This document shows, piece by piece, positions 12,734 through 23,919 of a stretch of 64,000 nt of DNA. Origin of the DNA: Pavona decussata (taxonomy: Eukaryota); the NCBI GenBank assembly GCA_977016875.1, contig CDRNST010000056.1:2728001-2792000 (forward strand), given 5' to 3'. Numbering within the stretch: the stretch's first letter is position 1; the number at the start of each line of letters is the position of its first letter. The translations under genes were made by a program, and so were the position numbers. The notes below the pieces were generated by a model, which made no database searches, was not told the origin of the DNA, and saw only the letters and a list, made by a program, of their open reading frames with translations.

Positions 12734-14155
12734 ATGCCGTCGTTTTGTTTAATTGTTGGTTGTGGGAACAAAAGCGACAAGTGTCCGAATGTAGCGTTTT
12801 GCCGTGTTCCGAAAGTTTTAACAAACCAAGGAGAACAAACGGAAAGATTGTCATCAGAAAGACGTACTCTTTGGTTAGCGGCAATCAGCAGAGATGACTT
12901 GACAGAAAAGATTTTAGAAAACGACAGAGTTTGTGGGAAACATGTTATCAGTGGCAGACCAGCCCAACTTTGGGATAGATTCAATCCCGATTGGATCCCA
13001 ACTGTGCACCTTGGTCACGAGAAAAAATCAATCGACGAAACAGCAAAATCACAAGCTAATCTGGAGCGTAGTGCCAGAATCAAGGAGCGCAGAAAACGTA
13101 AAGCCGAAAGAGAAGAAAAGGAAAAAGTGAAAGTTGTGAAACTGGAGGAGGCTAGCGAGCCAGTTGAAGCGTTAATTGATGACATCGAAGATGTTACAGC
13201 TGATATGAGAGAGTTAAAATTAAAACACGTTGCCACAAATACAGACGAATCTGCCTGTCTAGCTGGTCGGCAGGGGGCGCCAGGACAAGTTTATGATGAA
13301 GAGTATTTTTGTAATGATGATGACAAGGTCAAATTTTACACTGGATTGCCTTCATACGAGATTTTGATAAAAACATTTTCCTTTATGGCTCCTCACGCAA
13401 CTAGGCAATTCTCCCGTGCTCGCTTAAGCAAGTTTCAAGAATTTATTATGGTCCTTATGAAATTACGGCTAAACGTACCTCACCAGGATCTCGCCTATCG
13501 GTTTGGTGTATCTCGATTTGTTGTTTCAAGAGTCTTCAATTCATGGATCGAGGTAATGGATATTCGCTTGTCTCCTTTGATAGTGTGGCCTGAGCGCAAA
13601 GACCTTCAGAAAACCATGCCGAAATGTTTCATAGATGCATTTGGTCTAAAAACAACTGTGATTATCGACTGTTTTGAGATTTTCATTGACAGGCCTACCA
13701 ATTTGCTGGCAAGGGCACAAACATTTTCTAATTATAAGCACCACAACACCGTTAAGGCGCTCATTGGCATTACCCCCCAAGGATCAATTTCATTTGTCAG
13801 TAAAGCATGGGGTGGTAGGGCATCAGATAAGTTTGTAACTGAAAACTCTGGTTTCCTTACAAACTTGTTGCCTGGAGACCAGGCAAGCTTAAATATCCCT
13901 GCTTTTACCAAAGGGAAAAGTCAGTTAGATCCAATCGATGTGGAGAAGACAAGAAAAATTGCAAACGTACGAATACACGTGGAAAGGGTGATTGGAGTTT
14001 TGAGACAAAAATACACTATTTTGCAAAGTACATTACCTACAGATTACCTCACATGCAGGAAAAAAGAAGAGAAGGAAACCCCTTTGATTGATAGAATCAT
14101 CAGGGTATGTTCTGCATTAGTGAATCTGTGCCCTCCAATCATACCATTTGACTAA
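12734..14155 (+). CDS. THAP-HTH-DDE_Tnp_4 transposase with an in-frame deletion of the ADRGF catalytic segment
   Basis: Motifs present: THAP (C..VGCGN...W...RVCGKHV..G...PDWIPT), KFYTGLP, HTH (LMKLRLNVPHQDLAYRFGVS), IIDCFEIFIDRP, FSNYKHHNTVK, WGGRASDK and RIHVERVIG. Confidence 0.92.
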   Translation: MPSFCLIVGCGNKSDKCPNVAFCRVPKVLTNQGEQTERLSSERRTLWLAAISRDDLTEKILENDRVCGKHVISGRPAQLWDRFNPDWIPTVHLGHEKKSIDETAKSQANLERSARIKERRKRKAEREEKEKVKVVKLEEASEPVEALIDDIEDVTADMRELKLKHVATNTDESACLAGRQGAPGQVYDEEYFCNDDDKVKFYTGLPSYEILIKTFSFMAPHATRQFSRARLSKFQEFIMVLMKLRLNVPHQDLAYRFGVSRFVVSRVFNSWIEVMDIRLSPLIVWPERKDLQKTMPKCFIDAFGLKTTVIIDCFEIFIDRPTNLLARAQTFSNYKHHNTVKALIGITPQGSISFVSKAWGGRASDKFVTENSGFLTNLLPGDQASLNIPAFTKGKSQLDPIDVEKTRKIANVRIHVERVIGVLRQKYTILQSTLPTDYLTCRKKEEKETPLIDRIIRVCSALVNLCPPIIPFD

Positions 14156-14333
14156 AACTCACTCTTTGTAAGTGAACTAAACATGGCTTTGCATTTCAAT
14201 TTGGTACACTTATTGAAAAAATAATTGATAATGCTCATAATTCTAGGGTCATAACATTAATGCAATGCTATAATGTCCTGATTGACATTGTCCCTTATTT
14301 TATCAGATATCAGAAATATTGCTGTAAGGTATT

Positions 14334-15795
14334 TTAAACATCTTCTAATTTCAACAAACTTAGATTCATGTTGAAAATTTTAAAACTCTCAAGATCACTG
14401 TAAACATTGCCACGTTTGACATAAGAGTCAAACTCTTTCGCATCAATGCAGTAGGGACACTTAACCTCACCCAACCCAAGGCCACAACAGTCATAGGAAC
14501 AAATGAAATCGGGAGTGGCATGCAAAAATGGGTAATCTTTGTTTATGAATGTACCACACTTGACTGCTTTAAAGTTGTTATGTTTTGCCTTCATCTGCTT
14601 TTCATATTCAGCGATTGCCACTGTTGCCAACTCTTCATGTTTGCAGCCATGCCTTGTAGCTGCAGAAGGGAAGTTAAACACGTCGGGATAACAAATTGTT
14701 TTGATAAGAGATTGTGATGGCTGTGCAGGATCAGTGTGACATGCTGCATGCCATTGAGATGCACCAATTCGTCCAGCCCTGTGATGATAGAAAGCACTGC
14801 TTTTTGCTTGGTTTATGGTTTCTTTCTCAATCATTTCTATTCGCTCATTTGTGAGGCTTATTTCAACTTTGTAGCACTGTTCTAGTAGCTCAGTATAATT
14901 AAGGTTTATGTATTTCTCATCAAATAAATCTCGGATAGATGGTATCCCTCTCGTTTTGAAATAAATTCATCTGCATATGTTTCTACTAAACTTAGACAAA
15001 CAGGTTTGACTTTGCATTCATTGAGAGAACTGTACAACTGTTCAAGTTCATCCTTAGTTGGTTGCTGCACTGACCCCTGTACTGTAGGTGATTCTTTTAT
15101 CCCTGTAGAGGATTGATCACTGTTATCATTCTTGCCGCACAAACTAAGATCGTTTAAAGACTTCTCCAGGCTGCCTTCAGTTTTCTTGCTGAGGAAAAGT
15201 TGATGTCATTAACTCTGGCGTAATCAGCCTTTTCAACATAACTTGGCAAAATCCAGCCACACTTAACCTGCGTACACGCTAACCTTCCGTTTTGTCTGGT
15301 GACAACTTCAAGATAGAATAGTACACTTGCTATATGTGAGCAACACTCACCCAGGCCAGCCATACACCCTGCACAATGTGCTGACATCACAGTACCTTAT
15401 TCGTTTGTTATAATCCACAATTGCACTAGTGGTTCATTCAGTCTCTGCGAATGTCTTACTTTGGCCAACACCACAAACCTCTTGTTAATCATACATCCAA
15501 GGACACTGGAAATGAAGCCACTAACCATCTGGTTGTAAGCTTGAAGGCTTCTGTAAGCTTTAAATTGTGCGTTGGAATAAATCTAGTATCGAGCACAAGA
15601 TACGAAAGTAAGTTTTAAATCCATGGATTCAACTGGTGGAAGGCATTTCTCGCTCAACGTTTTAGCTGGGATGAGAAGCGGATCTATACCAATCTCAGAA
15701 ATTTTAACGAGATACCTATATTTTACCTTGCCTTCAAGATTTTCGCTATAATTTGAGAGCATCAGAGGCTCAACCCCTGTTGTTTCAGTCGCCAT
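14334..15795 (-). pseudogene. SWIM zinc finger + YqaJ-like (lambda-exonuclease family) accessory gene of ISL2EU, fragmented
   Basis: Fragments lie in several frames: SAHCAGCMAGLGECCSHIASVLF (SWIM), R.GRIGAS, HGCKHE, FLHATPD...GEVKCPY (YqaJ). There are multiple frameshifts and the C-terminus is truncated. Confidence 0.85.
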
Positions 15796-16320
15796 TTTGA
15801 TTACGTAAGTCCTCCAACATGGCCGCCAGTAATTTTGTGACGTCATCCGCACACACACTATAGCTATCTGAATCGCCGTATTAAATAGCTAGGTAGCTAG
15901 CTCAGCAGCTCAACAGTGACTTGCGTATTCGTCGCTCGACGAAAATGTAAGGTAAGAAAAAGTAGAACATATTTTTCCCATGAGTTGTACAAATTATAAC
16001 CGTCAAAGAGTCTGATAAAATGACCGAGTTTAAATTTAAAATTTCTCACATAATAGTTTTGGCCTTGGACTGATGTCATTTCTCCAGTCTGGTGTTGCTT
16101 TTTGTCTAGGCTACTCGCTGCCACGTTCTTTTTGTCAACTAGAAATTTAATTTATTCTTAGTTCCTTGAATGCGAAACTTCATCGATTTCTTCACTCTCA
16201 CTTTCTAACGAGCGATCAGACATGTTCTATCCCAGGCGTATATTTTCTAATCCTCGATCTGTTGTTTGGTTGTTTAATAGTCCGCAACATCGAAAAAACT
16301 GCTGCTCTTATAAAATTGGC

Positions 16321-16787
16321 AACGATGTGGCAGATTTGAATCGGTCATGGTACCGGGCACTTGGCAATACTATGGGAACAAAGACCGTATTGACATCACT
16401 GTGAACAAAGATTTAATTTTACAGGGACTTTGTTTATGTGGGAGTGAGAACAATGACTACAGTGTTACTTTGGAGATAAAGAATGACAGTAATAATCTGT
16501 GTCTTGCGTCAAATTCAGGAACATTTTCTTCAAAGTTACTGCAATGCAAAAGTAAAAAATATCATGGATTTGAGGTTTTGTTTGATTCTCCAGTTAACTT
16601 GAAAAAGAACGTCAAGTACCAGATAGAAGCGTTAATATCTGGTCCAACATCCGGAAACGGAGAAAGGGGCTCTAACACTGTTCAGTGCGATGGTGTGACA
16701 TTTACATTTTCATCCAGCGCTTTAGGGTCTACGAACGGAACGTCTTCTACGTTAGGCCAATTTCCTGAATTTATTTTCTCGGTGTAG
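16321..16787 (+). pseudogene. BTB-PHR family 5'-truncated fragment (PHR domain only, subtype B)
   Basis: Reads RCGRFESVMVPGTWQYYGNKD...GQFPEFIFSV*. The 3' flank matches that of the copy at 57611. No BTB/BACK sequence lies upstream. Confidence 0.85.
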
Positions 16788-19216
16788 GTCTTAACTTTGC
16801 CATGTCAGCGGACATGATCACAGAATGAAAGATAGAAATACAATACAGGCAATCCAGAAGACCAGAGGCCTCTAAGACATTTTGGGCTCCTGGATTTTGA
16901 TAATACCACAGTTAGCCCAGGCTCTACGATGGCCGGGTGTTGACCTTTGTAAGATAACTCTGCCATCAGCGTCACGTCATTTAAGCATCAAGATAACCAT
17001 GCATTGAGTAGCGGAATCATTAGTGTTTGTATGGGGAAAAGTATCGCATTTGAAGGCAAAATTAGATACTAGTTTTCAATAAAAAGGTTGCACCTGAACT
17101 CCTTTGTAGTTCCTTTTGTGTCTTGCGTGGTTTCTGAATCAGAGCAGCCCTTGGAATTGAACCTCCAAGAAATCGCTTCAAATCGACCCAAAACCGCTAA
17201 GGATATATAATCAGAGAAGTAAGGAAAGAAATACTACACAGGCAATACACAATAGCAGAAGTCTGTTAGGGATTTTGATAGTACAGCACTAATTTATATG
17301 TATATTAAATTCAGAAAAAATGATATATTTTTTCACTTAATAATCGAGAAAGCTTGTATTTTCAGCAGTATCGAAACTGTTACTCTGCCCAGTTAGTTGG
17401 CTGGTACATGTACTTCACAAAGCATAATGAACAGGAACAATAATAATACAGATAAATGGCACAGATAAATTACTAATTAGTCGCAGTAATGAGAATACAT
17501 TGTAAATAAAATTCTTGCAATTCTGTTATGGTGAATTTATGTGCTTTTCCTCTAATCAAAAGCGGAACGAATTTCTCAGTTCACTTCTCGATACACCATG
17601 TAGTTCAGCCACAAGTGTCTTCTCGTCTTTTTCTTATTCTTGACAACAAGAAACTACGAAGGTTCTCGGATCTTATTGTTACTAAATTTTGATAACTTTA
17701 TCGATGAATTCATGAATCATCGTTCGTTCTTACACTAGTGAGATATCCTGATAGTTCACGGTCACTTCCCCCCCCCCCCCCCCCCACCCTCATCCTCTCA
17801 GTGGCGAGGCGGAGGAAAAACGAACCGATTCCGTTCAAACGGTCGCTCCTCAGTATGATCTGACCACTTACTTCTCTTGCTATCTTGGAGTTCTTCTCTT
17901 TCCAAGAACACATCGAGTTTCCGATCTATCAACCTGGTCCAGGGGTTCAGTGAGTTAGGAGTGAGCGGCGAGAACAAAATTGCACTGTGTGTGAAAAATA
18001 AAGGCGACGGAAAATATTAGGAGTGGTTAAGAAACGGGAAGAGACTGGGGAGAGGTGCGACAGATCCAACGGGCAACCAGGCCTCCTCTCGCCTTCTCTC
18101 TCGAGTCTCACGGCTCGTCTTTATCATTCGCTGGCCTCGCAATTTTCTTCGCTCGCCTCCCTAATATCTGAACGCCTGTCAGGATAGGCTACTGCCGATA
18201 ATCAAGGACTGTCAAGTTCGGTTAATTGCCGAGTACGGAGAACTTGATTTAAATATGTCTCTCTCATTGTAAAGAGCTCTATTGGCTTCCTGTCGATCAG
18301 TTTATTGTTAGGGAAGATCCTGCCGCGCGTTTCTTTTAAGCAGTTATTGGGCTTTCACCAAAATACTAAAAGGATATCTTAAAGGGGAGTATACCTACGA
18401 TCCAGTTCTAAACATCTGCTAGCGGTTTCTTCAACTCATGTTAAAACTTACGGCGTTTGCTTATGAGGTATTCTCTGTGGAACAAATACTTGCTTTTGAA
18501 TTCTCTTGCAGAGAAATTCAAGCTCTCTCCCTCATTGTCAACATTTAAAGACCATTAAAACTAAGCTCAAGAGTTACTCCATGTAGACTTTAATCTCCGA
18601 AATTTGTAATTTGTTTCCCGTGCACTCTATACTTCATTCGAGGCCTTTTGAAACGCAGCGTCTTTTGCCACAGCAAAAAAATGCCCCAGATTATTTAGGT
18701 GTCCACGCAACTTGTCAAAGCTTCGCCTCTTGCCAGGAACTCCGAGCGACGGGCAGTGTAGGATATGAAATACTGTAGGACACAGAAGTCGGTCAGTGCT
18801 ACAAAATTGGTACAAAATTGGTAAAGTATTGCTGTACTTCCTTTTTGTTTCTTTATTTGTTCCATTCTTTACCTCTTTACATGCTTATTTCTTTATTTAC
18901 TTCTTTCTTTCTTTCTTTTTACTTTTTTTCTATACTTTTAGCGCCTGCTTCTAAGCTCTTTCGTGGATAAGCAAATTACATTGACATTTTATTTTGTACA
19001 TGGTCTGTAATGGGACAACCAAAATACACCGTCAAATTCGGTGTTCCGGGGTGTTCCGGTGTTCCTGGTTTTAGTACATGCCGTTCCGGTCTGGTGGAAG
19101 CAAAAATATTTGACATTTCTGTTACGCAAATTTAGCCCTTGACGGTAGCTAAGTGTATGCATAATTAGAAGGCTCTGTTCCACACTGCTTGACTGATCAA
19201 CAACTGACTGTTTCAT

Positions 19217-19384
19217 TAGCCTGCGTAGCAAGCGTTCCCGTATGAACGAATTTTTCCGTATTCTGGCCGCACGAAAATTGGGGCGAGACATCCCCGTCCG
19301 CCGATTTTTTGCTCTCGCCCCAATTTTTGCCCAGCCAGAATGCGGGAAAATTCGTTCGTACGGGAACGCTTGCTACGCAAGCTA
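19217..19384. mobile_element. Palindromic MITE, TAG...CTA ends, 9-bp TSD (AcademH-like)
   Basis: TSD CTGTTTCAT at 19208-19216 and 19385-19393; TIR TAGCCTGCGTAGCAAGCGTTCCCGTA. Confidence 0.85.
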
Positions 19385-19471
19385 CTGTTTCATAGGACTG
19401 CCTACAGCTTAAGCCTATAGCAGGCAAGGAGAAAAATATCGTGAATTTTAGAATGAGTTACAATAAGCAAG

Positions 19472-20774
19472 ATGTCTGTACAAGAAAACTGCCAAACAAA
19501 GAGACCCACCATCAGAGAAAGAACCGGGTTTATGCTCAACAACGATCTCTTCAGCGATCGTAAAGTTTGTGGTTTGTAAGATCAAAAAAAAGCGATGATG
19601 AAAGTGAAAGTAAACAAGCGATTCCAGCTCACAAGTTTGTGCTGTCGATTGGCAGTCCTGCATGTTCGAAGCCATGTTTCACGGTGAAGTAGCGGAGACT
19701 AGAGACTCTATTGAACTGCCTGACTGTGAGTACGAGAGTCTGTTAGAATTATTTCGTTTCATATACAGCGATGAAGTGAACTTGAGCGGAAGTAATGTGA
19801 TGGGAGTGTTATACTTGGCTAAGAAGTACATGATGCCTTCACTCGCTGATAAATGCACGGAATATTTGCAAAACAATTTAGATCCGTCAAATGTTTTCAG
19901 CATTCTATCAACGGCTGAATAGTTTGAGGAGAAAGAACTGGTAGATCGATGCTGGGAGGTTGTTGACAGAGAGACAAAAGCAGCAGTGAAATCGGATGGA
20001 TTTGCGACAATTGAGAGATCCTTACTTGAAGCAGTAGTCTCAAGAGATACTCTGACCATTGAAGAGATCGATTTGTTTAAAGCTGTTGATCAGTGGGCAA
20101 CAAAGGAGTGCGAAAAACAAGGTTTAGCAGTAAGCGGTGAACTGAAAAGAAGGATTCTTGGAGAAACGATTATTAAAGCGATCTGTTTTCCACTGATGAA
20201 AGCCAACAAAGAATTTGAAACTGTCGTCCTTGATGCAAGAATTCTTTCTCTACATGAAATAGCCCTGTTTCCAAGTTTTTCAATTCGGTATTGGCTGCTC
20301 CAGTGGGATTCCCAAAGATCAGACGGTTTGCATTGCCTGCTACCGATGTGGTAGATTTGAATCGGTAAATGAGAAGGATTGGTGCTACAGTGAGCGAAAA
20401 GACTTCCTTAATTTTTCGGGTTGACAAAGACCGGCATGTTACATGGACTGTGTTTTTTTTGGCAGTGAGAACAATGACTATGAGGTGATGTTAGAAATAA
20501 AGTATTCCTGTGATAATTCAACTGTGGTGTCCGAGGAAGCAACATTTTATTCAAAGCTGATGCTATATAAAGGCAGTTCTTACTATGGATTTGAAATTCT
20601 CTTTGACTTTGCAGTTTACTTAAAGAAAACCACTGAATACCGAATTGAAGCTTCTGGTCCAAACTCTTGGTTTGGAAATGGTGGCCTTTGTGTGGTTCAG
20701 ATATCTGGTGTGACATTTACTACGGAACCAATTATTCAAATGGTCAGTTTCCTAAATTTCTGTTTTCAGTGTAA
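19472..20774 (+). pseudogene. BTB-BACK-PHR (BTBD3/6-like) pseudogene, PHR subtype A
   Basis: ATG at 19472 is homologous to the other copies. There are several frameshifts and a premature TAG at 19920-19922. It ends at the homologous TAA. Confidence 0.9.
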
Positions 20775-22363
20775 CTTTCTATGTGGACGATTTATTAATG
20801 AAAGCTGTAGGAAAGAAAAAAAAATACTGAAACTGTTGTTATCTGAAGCCGAGAAGAGCACTTAGAACAATCCAGATGGCCTGCTTATATGAAGTCTTTG
20901 TTTAAGCTAAGAGATAACGTAAAAAATCTCAGAGGAGTAAATAAATTAGTTTTGCCTAAGGTTAAAACCACATGACATGGATTGAAATCCGGCCAAAGTA
21001 AGGGTATACTGCTTCCATAGCTAGACAAGCTTACTGTCTATGACTAATATCAAATTATTTAGAAAAGAAGTGCAGAAAATTTTATCTTTCGGATAACTCT
21101 TTCACTTAATTACATATGTACATATTATTTGTTTATTTTCGGCACATTAGCATGTAGTTTGCTTGAGGCCTAAACAGCCTCAATCAAATTCGAGGGTAAA
21201 GTTTCATTTATTCATTCATTCATTGGTTATTTACTTTAATAACTAGGCTCCAGTGTTTTCTGTAGGGAAGCACATCAGTTTTAGGTAACGTTGTAAAAAA
21301 TAAATTAAGTAAAAAAATTGTCTTCTTACAACCTTTACATGTAATATTTTGTATGAACACAGAGAATAAAATATGCCACCAAATTCTGTGAATCTGTTTA
21401 CTGCTTATACTTTTTCCTAAATTCCTAATTAATCTAAAAGGGCGAATACCATATAACAAGGTTTCTTAATAATATCTTTAACGGCCTATATGTTAGTTTT
21501 TTGTTTGCATGAGAATATTCGAATTTTTCAAGAACTGAATAGGCCATCCCTGAGGTCATGAGACTCTGAGTGAGCAACGTGACCTGCACTCTGTCATCAT
21601 AAAGGATCTATGCAAGAAATTGTTTCTGTATTAGAAAAGAGAAAGCTGAACTCATTCGCTCATGTTCCAGATTATCAGTGTAAGCGTCGATTTAAACTCA
21701 AATCTAAAACGTGAACGGGAAAAACCCTCGCAAAACTTTGAGCTTTCCTGATACACTCAGTGAAAACCGTGGGAAATATTCGTTGTAAATCTAGCGGAAC
21801 CCTACTCAACCATGAATCCATTGAGGACACTAAATAACTGACTTCCAAGGATATCGCGGCTCAGCTTGGCCGACTCTCTGCGCGTTCCGAATTCCGAGCG
21901 AATGATCCTAATTTATGCCTATTTATGGCTCTAGTTTCGTTTCCCTCGGAAATTGACCACCGCCGCGCGCGGGAAACACGAACCGACGACCACACGAGAG
22001 GTAACAACACAGTAACAGTCTTAAAAATATTCGGTTTTATTAATTCCATCTTCGCATTCACCATTCGCATTCCGGTTGTGTCCATAACTAGCACAGCTAA
22101 AGGTATAATAAATTTTCCGGGTTTAAAGGTGGCAATAGCTTTGGTAAAAACTGTACAACATATTTGATCAAGTACTTTGGCACGAACATAAAATTGATTT
22201 TAGCAGCGAAACTGACGAGGGTGAGGGGGGTTGTGGGTCACGGCTACAGTCATTTGTTCGCTGCGTAGCGGAGCGAAAGATACCAGGCTGATTTGGCAGT
22301 ATCACATTTAAAAAGTCAGCAAGCAATTACTGCTTGTGTGCATGCGTCCTCCCGCTGCGCTAT

Positions 22364-22578
22364 TTCTCAGAAAACCACGCAATAGAATCCGTTCCGGTCT
22401 GGTGAAACTCAAAGCATTTGATATTTACGTCACGCAAGCTGAGCATGATGAAGTGAGTGTGCGTAAACGGGTGCTGTTCCATACTGCTTGACTGCCAATC
22501 AACAACTATTTGATTGTAGGGCCTACAGCGACCAAGGAGAAGAGATTTCGAAATTTTGGACGCCTTCCAATAGCCAAC
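22364..22578 (+). promoter_or_regulatory. Conserved upstream block of the BTB-PHR genes (GAS-like TTCTCAGAA, CRE-like TTACGTCA; IRF-like GAAAGTGAAA in some copies)
   Basis: The block recurs about 150-220 bp upstream of the ATG in nearly every copy. Motif function is inferred from consensus matches only. Confidence 0.5.
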
Positions 22579-23919
22579 ATGTCTTTTCAAGAAAACTGGC
22601 AAACAAAGAGACCCACCATCAGAGAAAGAACCAAATTTATGATCAACAACGCTCTCTTCAGCGATGTGAAGTTTGTGGTTCGTAAGAAAGATGGTGAAAG
22701 TGAAAGGAAGCAAGTGATTCCCGCTCACAAGTTTGTGCTGTCGATTGGCAGTCCTGTGTTTGAAGCCATGTTTTACGGTGAGCTAGCGGAGACTAGAGAC
22801 TCTATTGAACTTCCTGACTGTGAGTACGAGAGTCTGTTGGAGTTGTTTCGTTACATGTACAGCGATGAAGTTAATTTGAGCGGAAGTAATGTGATGGCGG
22901 TGTTATACTTGGCTAAGAAGTACATGGTCCCCTCACTCGCTGATAAATGCACGGAATATTTGCAAAAAGAATTAGATCCGTCAAATGTTTTCAACATTCT
23001 GCCAACGGCTGAAAAGTATGAGGAGAAAGAGCTGGTGGATCGATGCTGGGAGGTTGTTGACAAAGAAACAAAAGCGGCAGTGAAATCGGATGGATTTGCG
23101 ACAATTGAGAGATCCTTACTCGAAGCAGTAGTCCCAAGAGATACTCTGACCATTGAAGAGATCGATTTGTTTGAAGCTGTTGATCAGTGGGCAGCAAAGC
23201 AGTGCGAAAAACAAGGTTTAGCAGAAAATGGTGAACAGAAAAGAAGGATTCTTGGCGAAAAGATTATCAAAGCTATTCGCTTTCCATTGATGAAACAGGA
23301 CGAATTTGCCTCCGCTGTCCTTGATGCAAGCATTCTTACTCCAAATGAAGTGGTGACCTTTTTTAAATTCTTCAGTTCACCATTAACTTCTCCAGTGGGA
23401 TTTCCAGATACCAGGCGTTCAGGAACAAGAGCCAAGACTACAGTCCTTTACCGATGTGGCAGATTTAAATCGAAGTCATGCCTTGTCTGGGATTATACTC
23501 GTGGGTATAAGGACTTCCTTGGTGTTACTGTGAACAAAGATATAACGTTGCATGGACTTTGTTTATTTGGCAGCAAGAATAATAGCTACACTGCTTCTTT
23601 AGAGATAAAAGATGCCAGAAACAATTCTTGCCTTGTCTCAAAGTCAGGAACATTTTCTTCAAACCTTCTGCAATTTAAACTTTCTAACAATCATGGATTT
23701 GAGGTTTTGTTTGATTCTCCACTTAACTTGAAAAAGAACATAAAGTACCAGATAGAAGCGTTAATATCTGGTCCGTCATCTGAGATAGGAGAAAATGGCT
23801 CCAATACTGTTCAGTGCGGTGGTGTGACATTTACATTTTCAGTCTGCACTCTAGGAAGGATTACTAACGGAACATCTCCCACAGGAGGACAATTTCCTGA
23901 ATTTCTGTTCTCGGTGTAG
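22579..23919 (+). CDS. BTB-BACK-PHR domain protein (BTBD1/2/3/6-like), 446 aa, intact, intronless
   Basis: Motifs: FSDVKFVV, IPAHKFVLSIGSPVFEAMFYG, ELFRYMYSDEV, VLYLAKKYMVPSL (BTB); RDTLTIEEIDLF..W, IRFPLM (BACK); RCGRF..W.Y..D...NGT...GQFPEFLF (PHR). The true ATG is inferred from paralogs. Confidence 0.95.
   Translation: MSFQENWQTKRPTIRERTKFMINNALFSDVKFVVRKKDGESERKQVIPAHKFVLSIGSPVFEAMFYGELAETRDSIELPDCEYESLLELFRYMYSDEVNLSGSNVMAVLYLAKKYMVPSLADKCTEYLQKELDPSNVFNILPTAEKYEEKELVDRCWEVVDKETKAAVKSDGFATIERSLLEAVVPRDTLTIEEIDLFEAVDQWAAKQCEKQGLAENGEQKRRILGEKIIKAIRFPLMKQDEFASAVLDASILTPNEVVTFFKFFSSPLTSPVGFPDTRRSGTRAKTTVLYRCGRFKSKSCLVWDYTRGYKDFLGVTVNKDITLHGLCLFGSKNNSYTASLEIKDARNNSCLVSKSGTFSSNLLQFKLSNNHGFEVLFDSPLNLKKNIKYQIEALISGPSSEIGENGSNTVQCGGVTFTFSVCTLGRITNGTSPTGGQFPEFLFSV

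Larger units (their letters stand above)
12093..15859. mobile_element. ISL2EU-type (PIF/Harbinger-ISL2EU group) DNA transposon
   Basis: Perfect 14-bp TIR AGTGTGTGTGCGGA (12093) / TCCGCACACACACT (ends 15859), flanked by AT on both sides in a CT-AT-AG target. Two convergent genes encode a THAP-DDE transposase and a SWIM+YqaJ protein, the diagnostic ISL2EU pair. Confidence 0.88.

Noticed and set aside
12093-16787. ISL2EU functionally linked to the BTB array
   Set aside because: It is a single defective insertion with its own TIRs and TSD, and no BTB copy is bounded by its ends.
22510-22578. N-terminal extension of the 469-aa ORF
   Set aside because: It starts at TTG; paralogs place the ATG at 22579.
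22851-23153. Recurrent antisense ORFs (MVRVSL.TTASSKDLSIVANPSDF...) in several copies
   Set aside because: These are shadows of the conserved BTB-BACK coding strand; their recurrence follows from paralogy.
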